Of a DNA stretch of 64,000 bases, positions 32,147 to 41,161 are shown in pieces. The notes below the pieces were generated by a model. That model did no database searches and was not told the origin of the DNA. It saw only the letters and a list, made by a program, of their open reading frames with translations. Position numbers and translations under genes: made by a program. Numbering within the stretch: position 1 is the first letter of the stretch; the number at the start of each line of letters is the position of its first letter. This DNA is from a virus, in the IMG/VR virus record IMGVR_UViG_3300029787_000023, positions 6,215 to 70,214 of that record; one strand, given 5' to 3'.

Positions 32147-33933
32147 TGGCAGGTTCGGTTTACCACAAAGGTACGGTATTCTCGCGCCAGCTGGACATTG
32201 ACGCGGATGGAAACGCGACAGTCTCTGGTGACCTGACCATTAGCGGTGACACGACCACGATCTCCACGACCAACATGGTCGTCAAAGATAAATTTGTAGA
32301 GCTGGGCAACGGTGTTACCGGTACTCCTTCTGGTGACGCGGGTATCGTCGTCGAACGGGGCTCAAGCACGAACGCAGGACTTATCTGGGACGAGAGCGCC
32401 GATACTTGGAAAGCTTGCACTACTTCTGCCACAGGCGCGAGCTCGGGTAACCTAACCCTTACAGATGCGGCTTTAGCTGCGGCGGCGATCACTGCTTCAG
32501 GAAACATTACGACTACCGGCGATCTTATTCTCGACGACGGTGGATCTCTGAAGGAAGCAGGCGGCACTGCTGCGATCACCTTCGACGGCTCTGGACATGT
32601 GACCAAGATCGGCCAAGACTCGATGTCGTCTGGCGATGTGCTGACCTGGGATGGATCGAAGTTCGTAGGTGAGGCTCCTACTGTCGGTGACATCACAGGC
32701 GTGACGGCGGGCGTTGGACTCTCTGGAGGAGGTGCCTCGGGAGCCGTCACTCTCACGCTGGACCTGTCTGAGCTTAGCGATGTTACTCCTGTAAATGGAG
32801 ACAAGCTCGCTACTCTTGATTCAGATGGATCTACTGAGCAGCTTACTACTGTGGCCTCACTCGCCACCCTTTTCGCAGGTACAGGACTCACAGCGTCCAG
32901 TTCTGTAATCGGAGTAGATGCTTCCCAGACGCAGATCACTGCTGTTGGAACCATTGCTACAGGAGTCTGGCAAGGTACAGCTATCGCTTCTGCCTACATC
33001 GCGGCCGATGCGATTACTGGGGCCAAGATCGCAGACGATGCGATTAACTCCGAGCACTACACCGACGGCTCCATTGATACTGCCCATATCGCCGATGACC
33101 AAGTAACCCTGGCGAAGATGGCCGGTCTTGCTCGAGGTAAGATTATTGTCGGCGATTCTTCGGGCAACCCCTCGGCCTTGGCTGCAGGTTCGAACGGCAA
33201 GATCCTCGTAGCCGACGCAAACGGCGACCCTTCTTGGACGACGCTAAGTGGAGACGCTTCTTTAAGTGCCGGTGCTCTGACGATTGCTACGGGGGCAGTT
33301 GAACACGCGATGTTGGCGGGCGATGCCGTCGACGGTGACAACATTGCCGACGACTCAATCAACTCTGAGCATTATGTGGACGGCTCCATCGACACGGCTC
33401 ATATTGCAGACGACCAAGTCACTCTGGCTAAAATGGCTGGACTGGCTCGGGGTAAGATCATCGTCGGTGATTCCAGCGGAAACCCATCAGCCCTGGCCTC
33501 AGGGGCCAATGGTAAGATTCTCGTCGCTGACGCGAATGGTGATCCCTCTTGGACAACTTTGAGCGGTGACGCCACATTGAGCGCAGGCGCCTTGACCATT
33601 GCTACTGGTGCGGTCGAGCACGCTATGCTTGCTGGCGATGCGGTAGATGGCGATAACATCGCAGATGACTCAGTTAACTCTGAGCACTATGTAGATGGGT
33701 CGATCGATACTGCCCACATCGCTGACAATCAGGTGACCCTCGCAAAGATGGCGGGCCTCACTCGGGGGAGCCTCATCCTTGGAAACGCCAGCGGAGATCC
33801 ATCAGCTTTGGGGATTGGGTCTAACACCTATGTCCTCACTTCAGACGGGACAGACGCTGCCTGGGCAGCAGCTTCCGGGGGCGCTGCCGCTGACGACCAC
33901 AATACCGTTCTTCATATGCAAGTTTTCTCGTAG
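32146..33933 (+). CDS. Tail fibre-like protein with internal repeats
   Basis: TVSGDLTISGDTTTISTTNMVVKDKFVEL...DAGIVVERG...WDESADTW module, GDITGVTAGVGLSGGG, and 105-aa repeats containing SEHYVDGSIDTAHIAD. Confidence 0.8.
   Translation: MAGSVYHKGTVFSRQLDIDADGNATVSGDLTISGDTTTISTTNMVVKDKFVELGNGVTGTPSGDAGIVVERGSSTNAGLIWDESADTWKACTTSATGASSGNLTLTDAALAAAAITASGNITTTGDLILDDGGSLKEAGGTAAITFDGSGHVTKIGQDSMSSGDVLTWDGSKFVGEAPTVGDITGVTAGVGLSGGGASGAVTLTLDLSELSDVTPVNGDKLATLDSDGSTEQLTTVASLATLFAGTGLTASSSVIGVDASQTQITAVGTIATGVWQGTAIASAYIAADAITGAKIADDAINSEHYTDGSIDTAHIADDQVTLAKMAGLARGKIIVGDSSGNPSALAAGSNGKILVADANGDPSWTTLSGDASLSAGALTIATGAVEHAMLAGDAVDGDNIADDSINSEHYVDGSIDTAHIADDQVTLAKMAGLARGKIIVGDSSGNPSALASGANGKILVADANGDPSWTTLSGDATLSAGALTIATGAVEHAMLAGDAVDGDNIADDSVNSEHYVDGSIDTAHIADNQVTLAKMAGLTRGSLILGNASGDPSALGIGSNTYVLTSDGTDAAWAAASGGAAADDHNTVLHMQVFS
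33031..33810 (+). repeat. About 2.5 tandem copies of a 315-nt (105-aa) coding repeat in the tail fibre
   Basis: NSEHY codons recur at 33046, 33361 and 33676, an exact 315-nt period. Confidence 0.92.
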
Positions 33934-33942
33934 GATTTAACG

Positions 33943-34302
33943 ATGGCTACTATTTCAAAAATCTGCCTTTCCGGGTCTACTGATGGCCGTCCCGTTATTG
34001 TTGCGGCGGACGCTTCAACAGGCACTACGATCCATACCGGAGCTTCGACTGCTGCCGACTACCATGAGATTTGGATGTGGGCGACGAACTACAATACATC
34101 TACTGAAACTCTGGTTCTCCAATGGGGAAACACCACGGGCTCTGATTCGATGATCACAACGATCAATCCTAATGAGACCGTTCTGGTTGCCCCCGGCTGG
34201 ATTATCAAGGGGAACTCTACGCCATTAATCGTGAAAGCCTACAGTACCACAGCAAATAAAATAAATATCGTCGGCTACGTCAACTTTATTGATGCAGCAT
34301 AA
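33943..34302 (+). CDS. Tail-fibre-associated small protein
   Basis: LSGSTDGRPV...GTTIHT...EIWMWATN...NIVGYVN, a pattern recalled from proteins following fibres in aquatic phages. Confidence 0.7.
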   Translation: MATISKICLSGSTDGRPVIVAADASTGTTIHTGASTAADYHEIWMWATNYNTSTETLVLQWGNTTGSDSMITTINPNETVLVAPGWIIKGNSTPLIVKAYSTTANKINIVGYVNFIDAA

Positions 34303-35144
34303 TGAGTAGACGTACACGAAAACCAGGTCCGATCAATCTCCAGACGACTATGAAGCAGAGTCGGGAGATTATCGGTCGCAGTGAATGGATCTCCATCGAC
34401 ATCAACGATGGGAGCTGGACACAGAACGACCCTAACAGCACGCTGGTCAGCACGTCTACTGCGGCTGCGGGTATGACCATTTCGCTCGAGTCAGACCGAG
34501 ACGGTGATGATTGGACCGTCGCGGCTCAAGATTGTGTTCGGTGGTATAAGCCACTCGCTACGCCTGTCGGCAGCTTGATGACTTGGGACAGCGAGTTTGG
34601 AGTCGAGTTCCTTGTTCAACGTATGTCCACTACGGCAAACGACGAGAACTTCCTGGTTGCCTGTCTCTCGGATGATCCAACAGATCAAACCAACCAGCCC
34701 TGGGCGGGGGGCAAAATTGTCAATGATACGAATGGTGATCTACAGCTCCGAATCGGAGGCGACCAAGACCTAAACTTGGCCACAGGCGATGCATCCGATC
34801 TCGGCAGTACACCCAAGTGCTACATTAGCTGCATGCTTCAAATTACCGATGACCGAAGCAGCGACGCGATCGAGCCTATCGGCGTAGCTGGCATCGTCTT
34901 AGATTCAGACAGTGACGCTTTAAGCAACATGCTGATGAATGGTCAGAACATCGGGTGGAACAACTCCAATCATGTTTATCTGGTTATTGCTGCTGGCTGG
35001 GAAGCTTCAGGAGCAAGCTCAGACTCCAGTGCAGTCTGGAAGGTCTGGTATCGGTTGACCCACAGCTTCTCAAAGATGGATCCGGTTTATGTTCCTGGCG
35101 GCGGAAAGAATCCACGTGGCGGCGTCTACGGTCAGTCGAGATAA
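34302..35144 (+). CDS. Hypothetical protein, possibly receptor-binding
   Basis: 280 aa, Trp/Asp-rich, TAATG-coupled. Confidence 0.65.
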   Translation: MSRRTRKPGPINLQTTMKQSREIIGRSEWISIDINDGSWTQNDPNSTLVSTSTAAAGMTISLESDRDGDDWTVAAQDCVRWYKPLATPVGSLMTWDSEFGVEFLVQRMSTTANDENFLVACLSDDPTDQTNQPWAGGKIVNDTNGDLQLRIGGDQDLNLATGDASDLGSTPKCYISCMLQITDDRSSDAIEPIGVAGIVLDSDSDALSNMLMNGQNIGWNNSNHVYLVIAAGWEASGASSDSSAVWKVWYRLTHSFSKMDPVYVPGGGKNPRGGVYGQSR

Positions 35145-35146
35145 TA

Positions 35147-35503
35147 ATGTCGAGTAGGCGCAGGCGAGGTGGATCTTCTTCGGCTGATATCGACGAGCTG
35201 AGAAGTAAGATAACCCGCGCCGGTGTACAGCCTGACCGCGCAGTCTCGACTTCCAGTCACGCGCCGTACGGATTCGACGTCAACGGTAACCTAAGTGTTA
35301 CGGGCAATGGCACTGTTTCCGGTAACCTCTCAGTAGCCGGCACCGGGCTCACAGTTACGTCCACGACAGGTGCCTTAATCGTACCTCGAATGACCACGAC
35401 ACAACGCAACGCTTTGACTGCAGCTGTCGGCATGATAATCTACAACACAACAGATTCTAAATTCCAAGGCTACGCAGGTAGTTCCTGGGTCAATCTTCAT
35501 TAG
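35147..35503 (+). CDS. Short fibre-like protein
   Basis: GNLSVTGNGTVSGNLSV and VPRMTTTQRNAL...GMIIYNTTDSKFQGY fibre motifs; ATG 35147. Confidence 0.7.
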   Translation: MSSRRRRGGSSSADIDELRSKITRAGVQPDRAVSTSSHAPYGFDVNGNLSVTGNGTVSGNLSVAGTGLTVTSTTGALIVPRMTTTQRNALTAAVGMIIYNTTDSKFQGYAGSSWVNLH

Positions 35504-35511
35504 GAATCACC

Positions 35512-35880
35512 ATGGCTTTCTCTGCTAGCCCGGCTGATGGTCGGTATACATATCAAATGTTCAACGACACCGACGTCGACGAGAACGTCAAAGTCGACGT
35601 GACCGGCGGTGCGGCGACTCTGTACTATCTGGACTGCGTGAGCTCAGACTCGAGCAACGTACTGTACGTGAAGTTCTTCGACGCGGCTGTTGTCGATCGC
35701 GGTACGACTCCTCCGATCTTGGCGGTCGAGATTCCAACCAGTGGCAGTAAGCGGCTGAGTTTTCCTGACGGCATCGAGTTCGCTACAGCAGTGTCCTACT
35801 CTTGTGATCGATCTGGTGGAACCGCCGCCGGTACTGCTCCCGCCGCAGACAAAATGACCATCCGATTCGTAGTTACCTGA
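35512..35880 (+). CDS. Small beta-rich virion protein (paralog of the next gene)
   Basis: YVKFFD...GTTPP...FPDGIEF matches YVKLWD...GTTDP...FPDGFAY in the next ORF. Confidence 0.7.
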   Translation: MAFSASPADGRYTYQMFNDTDVDENVKVDVTGGAATLYYLDCVSSDSSNVLYVKFFDAAVVDRGTTPPILAVEIPTSGSKRLSFPDGIEFATAVSYSCDRSGGTAAGTAPAADKMTIRFVVT

Positions 35881-35887
35881 GGTTAAT

Positions 35888-36268
35888 ATGGCTATTTCGT
35901 TAGCAGACGAGTACACAACTCCGTTCTTCACGTTCACGGCAGAAGACATCGAAGCAAACGCGACCGATGAGGTTGTCGACTCCACCTCGGGAACCTTCTA
36001 TACACTTCACGTCAACAACACAGCGAATGCGAGCACGCAGGTCTACGTGAAGCTGTGGGACAACAACAACGCAAGCAACGTAACCGTAGGCACCACCGAC
36101 CCTGACTGGGTCTTTCCTGTTGCCGGGGGCAAGACAAAGCAGTTCTGCTTCCCTGACGGGTTTGCTTATGGCACAGGACTTGTCATGGCATGCTTGACCG
36201 CTGCAGGTACGGCAGGTACTACAGGACCCACAAGTGCGGTCATCGTCCGTATCGGCCTCACTACTTAG
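35888..36268 (+). CDS. Small beta-rich virion protein (paralog of the previous gene)
   Basis: GAGG RBS; shares motifs with 35512-35880. Confidence 0.7.
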   Translation: MAISLADEYTTPFFTFTAEDIEANATDEVVDSTSGTFYTLHVNNTANASTQVYVKLWDNNNASNVTVGTTDPDWVFPVAGGKTKQFCFPDGFAYGTGLVMACLTAAGTAGTTGPTSAVIVRIGLTT

Positions 36269-36276
36269 GAGTAATC

Positions 36277-36504
36277 ATGGCTTTGACCAGACAACAGCGT
36301 CGTGAGCGTCGCCGAAACATTATCAAGAAAGCGATTGAGTGCGCCGAAGCGATCTTCCCTGAAGACGAAGAAGCTCGACGCGAATGGGTTGCTGCGCTAA
36401 TAGCGTCTCAGCTCGATATCCCCGGTCTCGGAGAGGCGGCTGAGAGGCGCCTGTTTTCCGTTATGATCGATCTAATCATGGATATCGTGGACGGAGACGA
36501 GTGA
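36277..36504 (+). CDS. Hypothetical protein
   Basis: AGGAG RBS, then MALTRQQRRERRRN...LDIPGLGEAAE. Confidence 0.65.
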   Translation: MALTRQQRRERRRNIIKKAIECAEAIFPEDEEARREWVAALIASQLDIPGLGEAAERRLFSVMIDLIMDIVDGDE

Positions 36505-36824
36505 TGGACGAAGCATTGAAGAAGAAACTTATCGGAGCCGCTACGGCCGGTGTCGCTGCGTTCATGTTTGGCGGAAGTCAGATCGTAGATCTGGAGAATC
36601 GACTCTCGGCTCTCGAAGAGATCCACCCTGAATTGAAGCAAGCCGAACTCGACGCAATCGCCGAGGAGCTTGAAAGCGAAGAGCCGGTAGAGGCTTCAGC
36701 TGAACCCGAAACGGAGACGCCGTCAATCGAGGGGCACGATCACCTTGAGATCAACGAGAACGACGAATGGGTTCCTGTTGAAGAGATTGAAGAACCCGCC
36801 GTCAAAGAAACAGAGGAGGACTGA
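36504..36824 (+). CDS. Hypothetical membrane-anchored acidic protein
   Basis: KKKLIGAATAGVAAFMFGG hydrophobic segment, short coiled coil, acidic tail. Confidence 0.65.
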   Translation: MDEALKKKLIGAATAGVAAFMFGGSQIVDLENRLSALEEIHPELKQAELDAIAEELESEEPVEASAEPETETPSIEGHDHLEINENDEWVPVEEIEEPAVKETEED

Positions 36825-37057
36825 TGGAAGCCAAGACCGCAGCTGCAGCAGGTGCCGGGGCGGTTACGCTTCCTATGGCTGCCGTGTTTGGGTGGTTAAC
36901 CACTCAGATCGGTGACTTAGAGGATCGGATTCGCGCCATCGAACTCGACATGGCGACGACGCAGCAAGACGTCGAGGCCACAAAAGAGTCGGCAGACGAA
37001 ATTCACCAGATATTAGATCGTGCTTTTCCAAGAACCGGAACTAACCCAGGAGGATAA
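36824..37057 (+). CDS. Small membrane/coiled-coil protein
   Basis: N-terminal hydrophobic stretch, then LEDRIRAIELD coiled coil. Confidence 0.6.
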   Translation: MEAKTAAAAGAGAVTLPMAAVFGWLTTQIGDLEDRIRAIELDMATTQQDVEATKESADEIHQILDRAFPRTGTNPGG

Positions 37058-37061
37058 CCCA

Positions 37062-37283
37062 ATGTTCGTGCTCTTACTTACTTCATGCGCGTCAGTTGCA
37101 ATTGCCGATCAGCCTGAGTATGAGTACGGTGATTGGGACGCGCTCGCCGAAAGAATCCAAGACTTGGACACTGAAGGCGAACTAATTGACGTCGAGCCAA
37201 TCGTCACACCCCCTGACGAAATAGTCGAGCCTGAAGCACCCATCGAAGAAACAACCCCAGAAGAGGCAGAATCGCCAGAGTAG
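37062..37283 (+). CDS. Small exported acidic protein (possible lipoprotein)
   Basis: GGAGG RBS; MFVLLLTSC signal/lipobox-like start. Confidence 0.5.
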   Translation: MFVLLLTSCASVAIADQPEYEYGDWDALAERIQDLDTEGELIDVEPIVTPPDEIVEPEAPIEETTPEEAESPE

Positions 37284-37291
37284 AGGACACA

Positions 37292-37624
37292 GTGGACATA
37301 GAGTTAATCAATGCTCTTGAAACACTAGGACTCGTACCTATGCTCGCTTATATCTGGTGGACGGGGAACAAACATCAAGAACAGCTCGAAGAGCGGATGG
37401 ACCGTCATCGCGCCGAAGACAGAGAGCGTCATGATGCAATGGTGCGTGGTTGGCAGAGACAACTCGAAGAACTGGAGCAGCGCAGTGACGATCGCGTCGA
37501 GGCAGTCAGAGAGCGTTATGACGCCGTTGTAGAGCGCTATAACAATGAAAGAGACAAGCTTTTTCAGGAGATCGACCGTAAACTCGACGACGTTATCCGC
37601 TTTTCCGGTCCGAGAAACGGATGA
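37292..37624 (+). CDS. Holin-like single-TM coiled-coil protein
   Basis: LGLVPMLAYIWW TM followed by a charged coiled coil; BhlA-like architecture. Confidence 0.45.
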   Translation: MDIELINALETLGLVPMLAYIWWTGNKHQEQLEERMDRHRAEDRERHDAMVRGWQRQLEELEQRSDDRVEAVRERYDAVVERYNNERDKLFQEIDRKLDDVIRFSGPRNG

Positions 37625-37844
37625 AGAAGATGGACGAAGCCGACAAGGTTCAACTTGTCCTCTGCATACTCATCGCACTTGTCGTGTGGTGGGCCATGTT
37701 CTAACGGCCTCGGCTCGAGCACGGCTCGCTGTACCGTAGACACCAACCCACCTCCCTGCCTGACACCAGACATGGAACCCGCAGAGAATCATCCCGTGCG
37801 GTGTGTGCCACGCGCCCAACCAGACAAGAGGCGAGTCGTACATT

Positions 37845-38135
37845 CTAAGCCCCTTTTAGACTTCGATCCGCGTAACGCTGCTCTCGACTACTCTGACCCA
37901 AATCTACCAGCACACTAATCCATTCGCCGTAGTTCTCAGGCTCTTCATGCGTCGTGCTCGACGAGGAGAAGGCTTCAGCTAACCCGCGCACATGGCGCAG
38001 CGTCGGTGTCCGAGCTCCAGTCTCGAGACGGCTTACTTCGGGCTGCGTCAGGTCTGCCCTGCGCGCAAGCTCGGCAAGACTCCAATTGCGGTTCTTTCTG
38101 TGTTCACGGACAAACTGACTAAATCCACTTTCCAT
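37845..38135 (-). CDS. XRE (cro/CI-type) HTH transcriptional regulator
   Basis: VREHRKNRNWSLAELARRADLTQPEVSRLETGARTPTLRHVRGLAEAF is a canonical HTH_3. GAGGAGG RBS. Confidence 0.92.
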   Translation of the reverse strand: MESGFSQFVREHRKNRNWSLAELARRADLTQPEVSRLETGARTPTLRHVRGLAEAFSSSSTTHEEPENYGEWISVLVDLGQSSREQRYADRSLKGA

Positions 38136-38152
38136 TGTGACCTCCTCATTCG

Positions 38153-38218
38153 ATCTTAGCTTTATGTTGACGTCCCGTCAAGTTTTAACTTGACACGCTG
38201 GTTGGTGCCTTATAGTCT
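38153..38218. promoter_or_regulatory. Divergent sigma70-type promoters with a palindromic operator
   Basis: Plus strand: TTGACA(38190)-N17-TAGTCT toward the helicase. Minus strand: TTGACG-N17-TAAGAT toward XRE. Palindrome TTGACG-TCC-CGTCAA at 38167-38181. Confidence 0.7.
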
Positions 38219-38236
38219 CAGTTCAAAGAGGACACC

Positions 38237-40168
38237 ATGTGGGACCAACCCCGACTTGAATATCAAGTCTTCAACTCTGCCGATGTACTACATCAACTTG
38301 AGGCGCTCGTGCCGGGTTGCTTGGTGTACCTCAGAGTTCGTCGAGGCGCACGGAGCTGGAAAGTGAGGCTGGCTAAGCTGGACCTGACATCCCCTGAGTT
38401 GGAAGGGTGCGAGGCTGAGTCTTACGAGGTCATCGTACCGCTTCACGGGGGCTGGCTTGTCGAAGGTCACCTGCAGAGATCGGGTGTGCACTACACGGGT
38501 TTACCGAAAGACGTCGCTGACATTACTGCTTGGGACGACAGCGAAAGACAAGAGTTGATTGATGTCGGCGAGAAGTTTCTGAAGCTTCGTATTGACCGCG
38601 GAGAAGTCAAAGAGTTCGTCGCTGAGACGGCGACGCCGTACCAGAAGATGAATATCGCTTGGGCGATCAACCGACCCTATGTCATGAACGTCTGGGCTTG
38701 CGGCTCAGGCAAGACTCTTGGGTCTCTGCTGGCGTCTCTGCGCTGGCCGTTGAGTCCGATTCTTGTGATCTGTCCTGCCAAGGCACGGCATGTCTGGTGG
38801 AGTCAAGTTCAAGAGTATACGAACATCAAGCCTTTTCGCGTCAAGCCTTCTTCCGATATGAGGAAGAAAGACCAGACTCTGCAAGACTACATGAAAGAGT
38901 CTTACCGATTTAACCGACGCCCCTTTGTAATTATCGGCGCCGAGTCGTTAGCCGATAACTCACAGGTTCTTGACATACTACAACCGCACGTGTTGATCTT
39001 CGACGAGATTCACATGCACGGAAGCCAAAAGCGCTGGGTCGCCATTCAAGAAGAAGACGGCAGCGTCAGCTTCGAAAAGAAGAGAACGACAGCCAGTGGA
39101 AGAAAGGGATCGAAAGTAGACCGAGTCAACCGAGCCGTCGCAATCATGGAAGCCAGCAGGCACCCATGTGTGAAGCTACGCATCGGTCTAACAGCAACAC
39201 CTCTCGATGATGGCCGGCCTCGGAGGCTATGGTCGCAGCTGGATCTCCTGTCTCCAGGCGGATTCGCCCACAGCTACCGACGATTCGCTGAGCGCTATTG
39301 TGACGCTCGAGACGGGACTTTCGGCGGACTGGATGACACAGGCTCGAGCCACATTAAAGAGCTCAGAGCCCGATGCTCGTTCTTTACGCATGAAGTACCC
39401 TATTCAGAGTCGCACTCCGAGCTTCCCTCGACCCGCGTGCAGGTCATGTACCTGCCGTCAGAACAACTCAATAGGTCAGAGCGGTGGAGCGACAAGCAAA
39501 CATTTAATCAAGCGATCAAGTCGTTTCATAAGCAAGCGACAAATCCATTGGAGAGGGAACGTGTCATTGAAGCCAGATTGGCCGAGGCATGTAGTAGGAA
39601 GCGGAAATACGTCGTCCAAGAGACTATGGAGGGACTCAAGGGCGGCGGCAAAGTCGTCATCTTTACAGCTCGGCGTCGGGAGACTGAACTGTGGGCGCAT
39701 CAGATTCGTAAGGCTCTGAAGCGCGGTGATGAGGCTTTGGGTGAGGTCCCGGTTTGGATGGGCCATGGTGGTGTAAGCGAAGTCGAACGAGACGACATGG
39801 TCGATTCGTTCAGAGGGTCGGAGGGGCCCTGCGTTCTGGTGGGAACAGGACAGGCTTTCGGAACCGCCGTAGATGGTATGCAGACCGCGGACCTTGCCAT
39901 TTTCGCTATGCTCCCCTGGAAGCCGGGAGATTTTACACAATGGAAGGGACGCTTTGATAGACTCGGAGGTCGCGCCACGCTGCTCAAGGTAGTGGTGGCG
40001 TCTGGAACATACGACGAGAGGGTGGTTGACATCCTCGTCGAGAAGTTCGGCCCCATCGAAAAGTTCCTCAAAGCAGATGAGCTAAAAGGGCTGGATCAGA
40101 AACTCCTCGGACTCGAGGACAAGGAAGCCATCGTGGATAGCATCATCAGCAAGTTAGGAGCCGCATGA
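38237..40168 (+). CDS. SNF2-like SF2 helicase
   Basis: ACGSGKT, ILVICPA, IFDEIH, GLTATP, LWSQLDLL and QWKGRFDRLG motifs. Confidence 0.9.
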   Translation: MWDQPRLEYQVFNSADVLHQLEALVPGCLVYLRVRRGARSWKVRLAKLDLTSPELEGCEAESYEVIVPLHGGWLVEGHLQRSGVHYTGLPKDVADITAWDDSERQELIDVGEKFLKLRIDRGEVKEFVAETATPYQKMNIAWAINRPYVMNVWACGSGKTLGSLLASLRWPLSPILVICPAKARHVWWSQVQEYTNIKPFRVKPSSDMRKKDQTLQDYMKESYRFNRRPFVIIGAESLADNSQVLDILQPHVLIFDEIHMHGSQKRWVAIQEEDGSVSFEKKRTTASGRKGSKVDRVNRAVAIMEASRHPCVKLRIGLTATPLDDGRPRRLWSQLDLLSPGGFAHSYRRFAERYCDARDGTFGGLDDTGSSHIKELRARCSFFTHEVPYSESHSELPSTRVQVMYLPSEQLNRSERWSDKQTFNQAIKSFHKQATNPLERERVIEARLAEACSRKRKYVVQETMEGLKGGGKVVIFTARRRETELWAHQIRKALKRGDEALGEVPVWMGHGGVSEVERDDMVDSFRGSEGPCVLVGTGQAFGTAVDGMQTADLAIFAMLPWKPGDFTQWKGRFDRLGGRATLLKVVVASGTYDERVVDILVEKFGPIEKFLKADELKGLDQKLLGLEDKEAIVDSIISKLGAA

Positions 40169-41124
40169 AACTGATCGACGCAGGACGAAGCGCAAGAGGG
40201 TGGTCAAGGATCGGCCAGTTTATGAAGTGTCCCCAGCTCTTTGCCTACACCAACCGTATGAACATCGACCTCATTCCAGCGAGCGCGCTGACTCGAGGAT
40301 CGATCGGCCACATTCTACAGGCACACCAACACGCAATCTGGGGCGCTCAGCAAGGTGGTTGCTGGGTCGATGAGGACTGGGTCACTGACGCGTCTCAGCT
40401 AATGGATCCCGAAGACGCAGCTCACGCCTACTGCGACAAAGAAGGTCAGGGGCATGAGCACCTGGACCGTATGATCGAATGTTATCGAAGATACATGGCT
40501 CGATTTCCCGAACCACCAGGTAGAATCTGGGGTGTCGAGTGTCCGGTCACGGCGACTCTCGGAAACAAAAACGGTCAGTGGGGCCTGTGGGTTCAGACAG
40601 AAGGGACAGAGATTGAGCCGACGCCGCTCGACTGTCCCGGTCATCCTGACCACGGTAAGCCGCTCACACTCAGCAGGCGCCTCGACCTGGCCATCATAGA
40701 CCGCGCGGGTAAGTACTGGGTGTGGGATCACAAGCATCAAGCCCGCGTCGTCGCTTCGAGGAGTGTCGACGCCTATGCCATCGACGGAGGCTTCGCTGCC
40801 TTCCGCATCATGGGCAAGCAGATATGGGGACGCGACTTCGGTGGCGTAGCCCTCAATCTTATCGAGACACAGGCTCCATGGAAGGTCGCACGACCTACCG
40901 TACCTTCAACACCACACAGAGACACACACTTCGCCGAAATGCTGTGGCAAGCAGAGCACAACCTGGCTCGACTCGACTTGCGCGGCGGCCACTGGAGCTG
41001 GCCAAAGGCGCAACACGAAACTACCTGCTATGGCCGATACGGTGCTTGCGGTGGAATTCGGATGTGCTTTTACGGAGAATCGTCTCTTCCTGCTGGACAA
41101 AGAAAACCGACCTCGATAAGTTAA
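40165..41124 (+). CDS. PD-(D/E)xK exonuclease (Cas4/AddB-like)
   Basis: KCPQ...RGSIGH, RLDLAI...VWDHK catalytic motifs, C-terminal CYGRYGACGGIRMC cysteine cluster. Confidence 0.8.
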   Translation: MKLIDAGRSARGWSRIGQFMKCPQLFAYTNRMNIDLIPASALTRGSIGHILQAHQHAIWGAQQGGCWVDEDWVTDASQLMDPEDAAHAYCDKEGQGHEHLDRMIECYRRYMARFPEPPGRIWGVECPVTATLGNKNGQWGLWVQTEGTEIEPTPLDCPGHPDHGKPLTLSRRLDLAIIDRAGKYWVWDHKHQARVVASRSVDAYAIDGGFAAFRIMGKQIWGRDFGGVALNLIETQAPWKVARPTVPSTPHRDTHFAEMLWQAEHNLARLDLRGGHWSWPKAQHETTCYGRYGACGGIRMCFYGESSLPAGQRKPTSIS

Positions 41125-41161
41125 CCGAACCCTGAGTAAAAACCCCCATAAAGGAGATGTC

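Noticed and set aside
33031-33810. Diversity-generating retroelement TR/VR pair
   Set aside because: Differences are synonymous and not adenine-specific, the repeats are in-frame and tandem, and there is no reverse transcriptase in the window.
37845-38135. Lysogeny module or prophage
   Set aside because: An XRE regulator is present, but no integrase, att site, partition genes or flanking host genes are visible.
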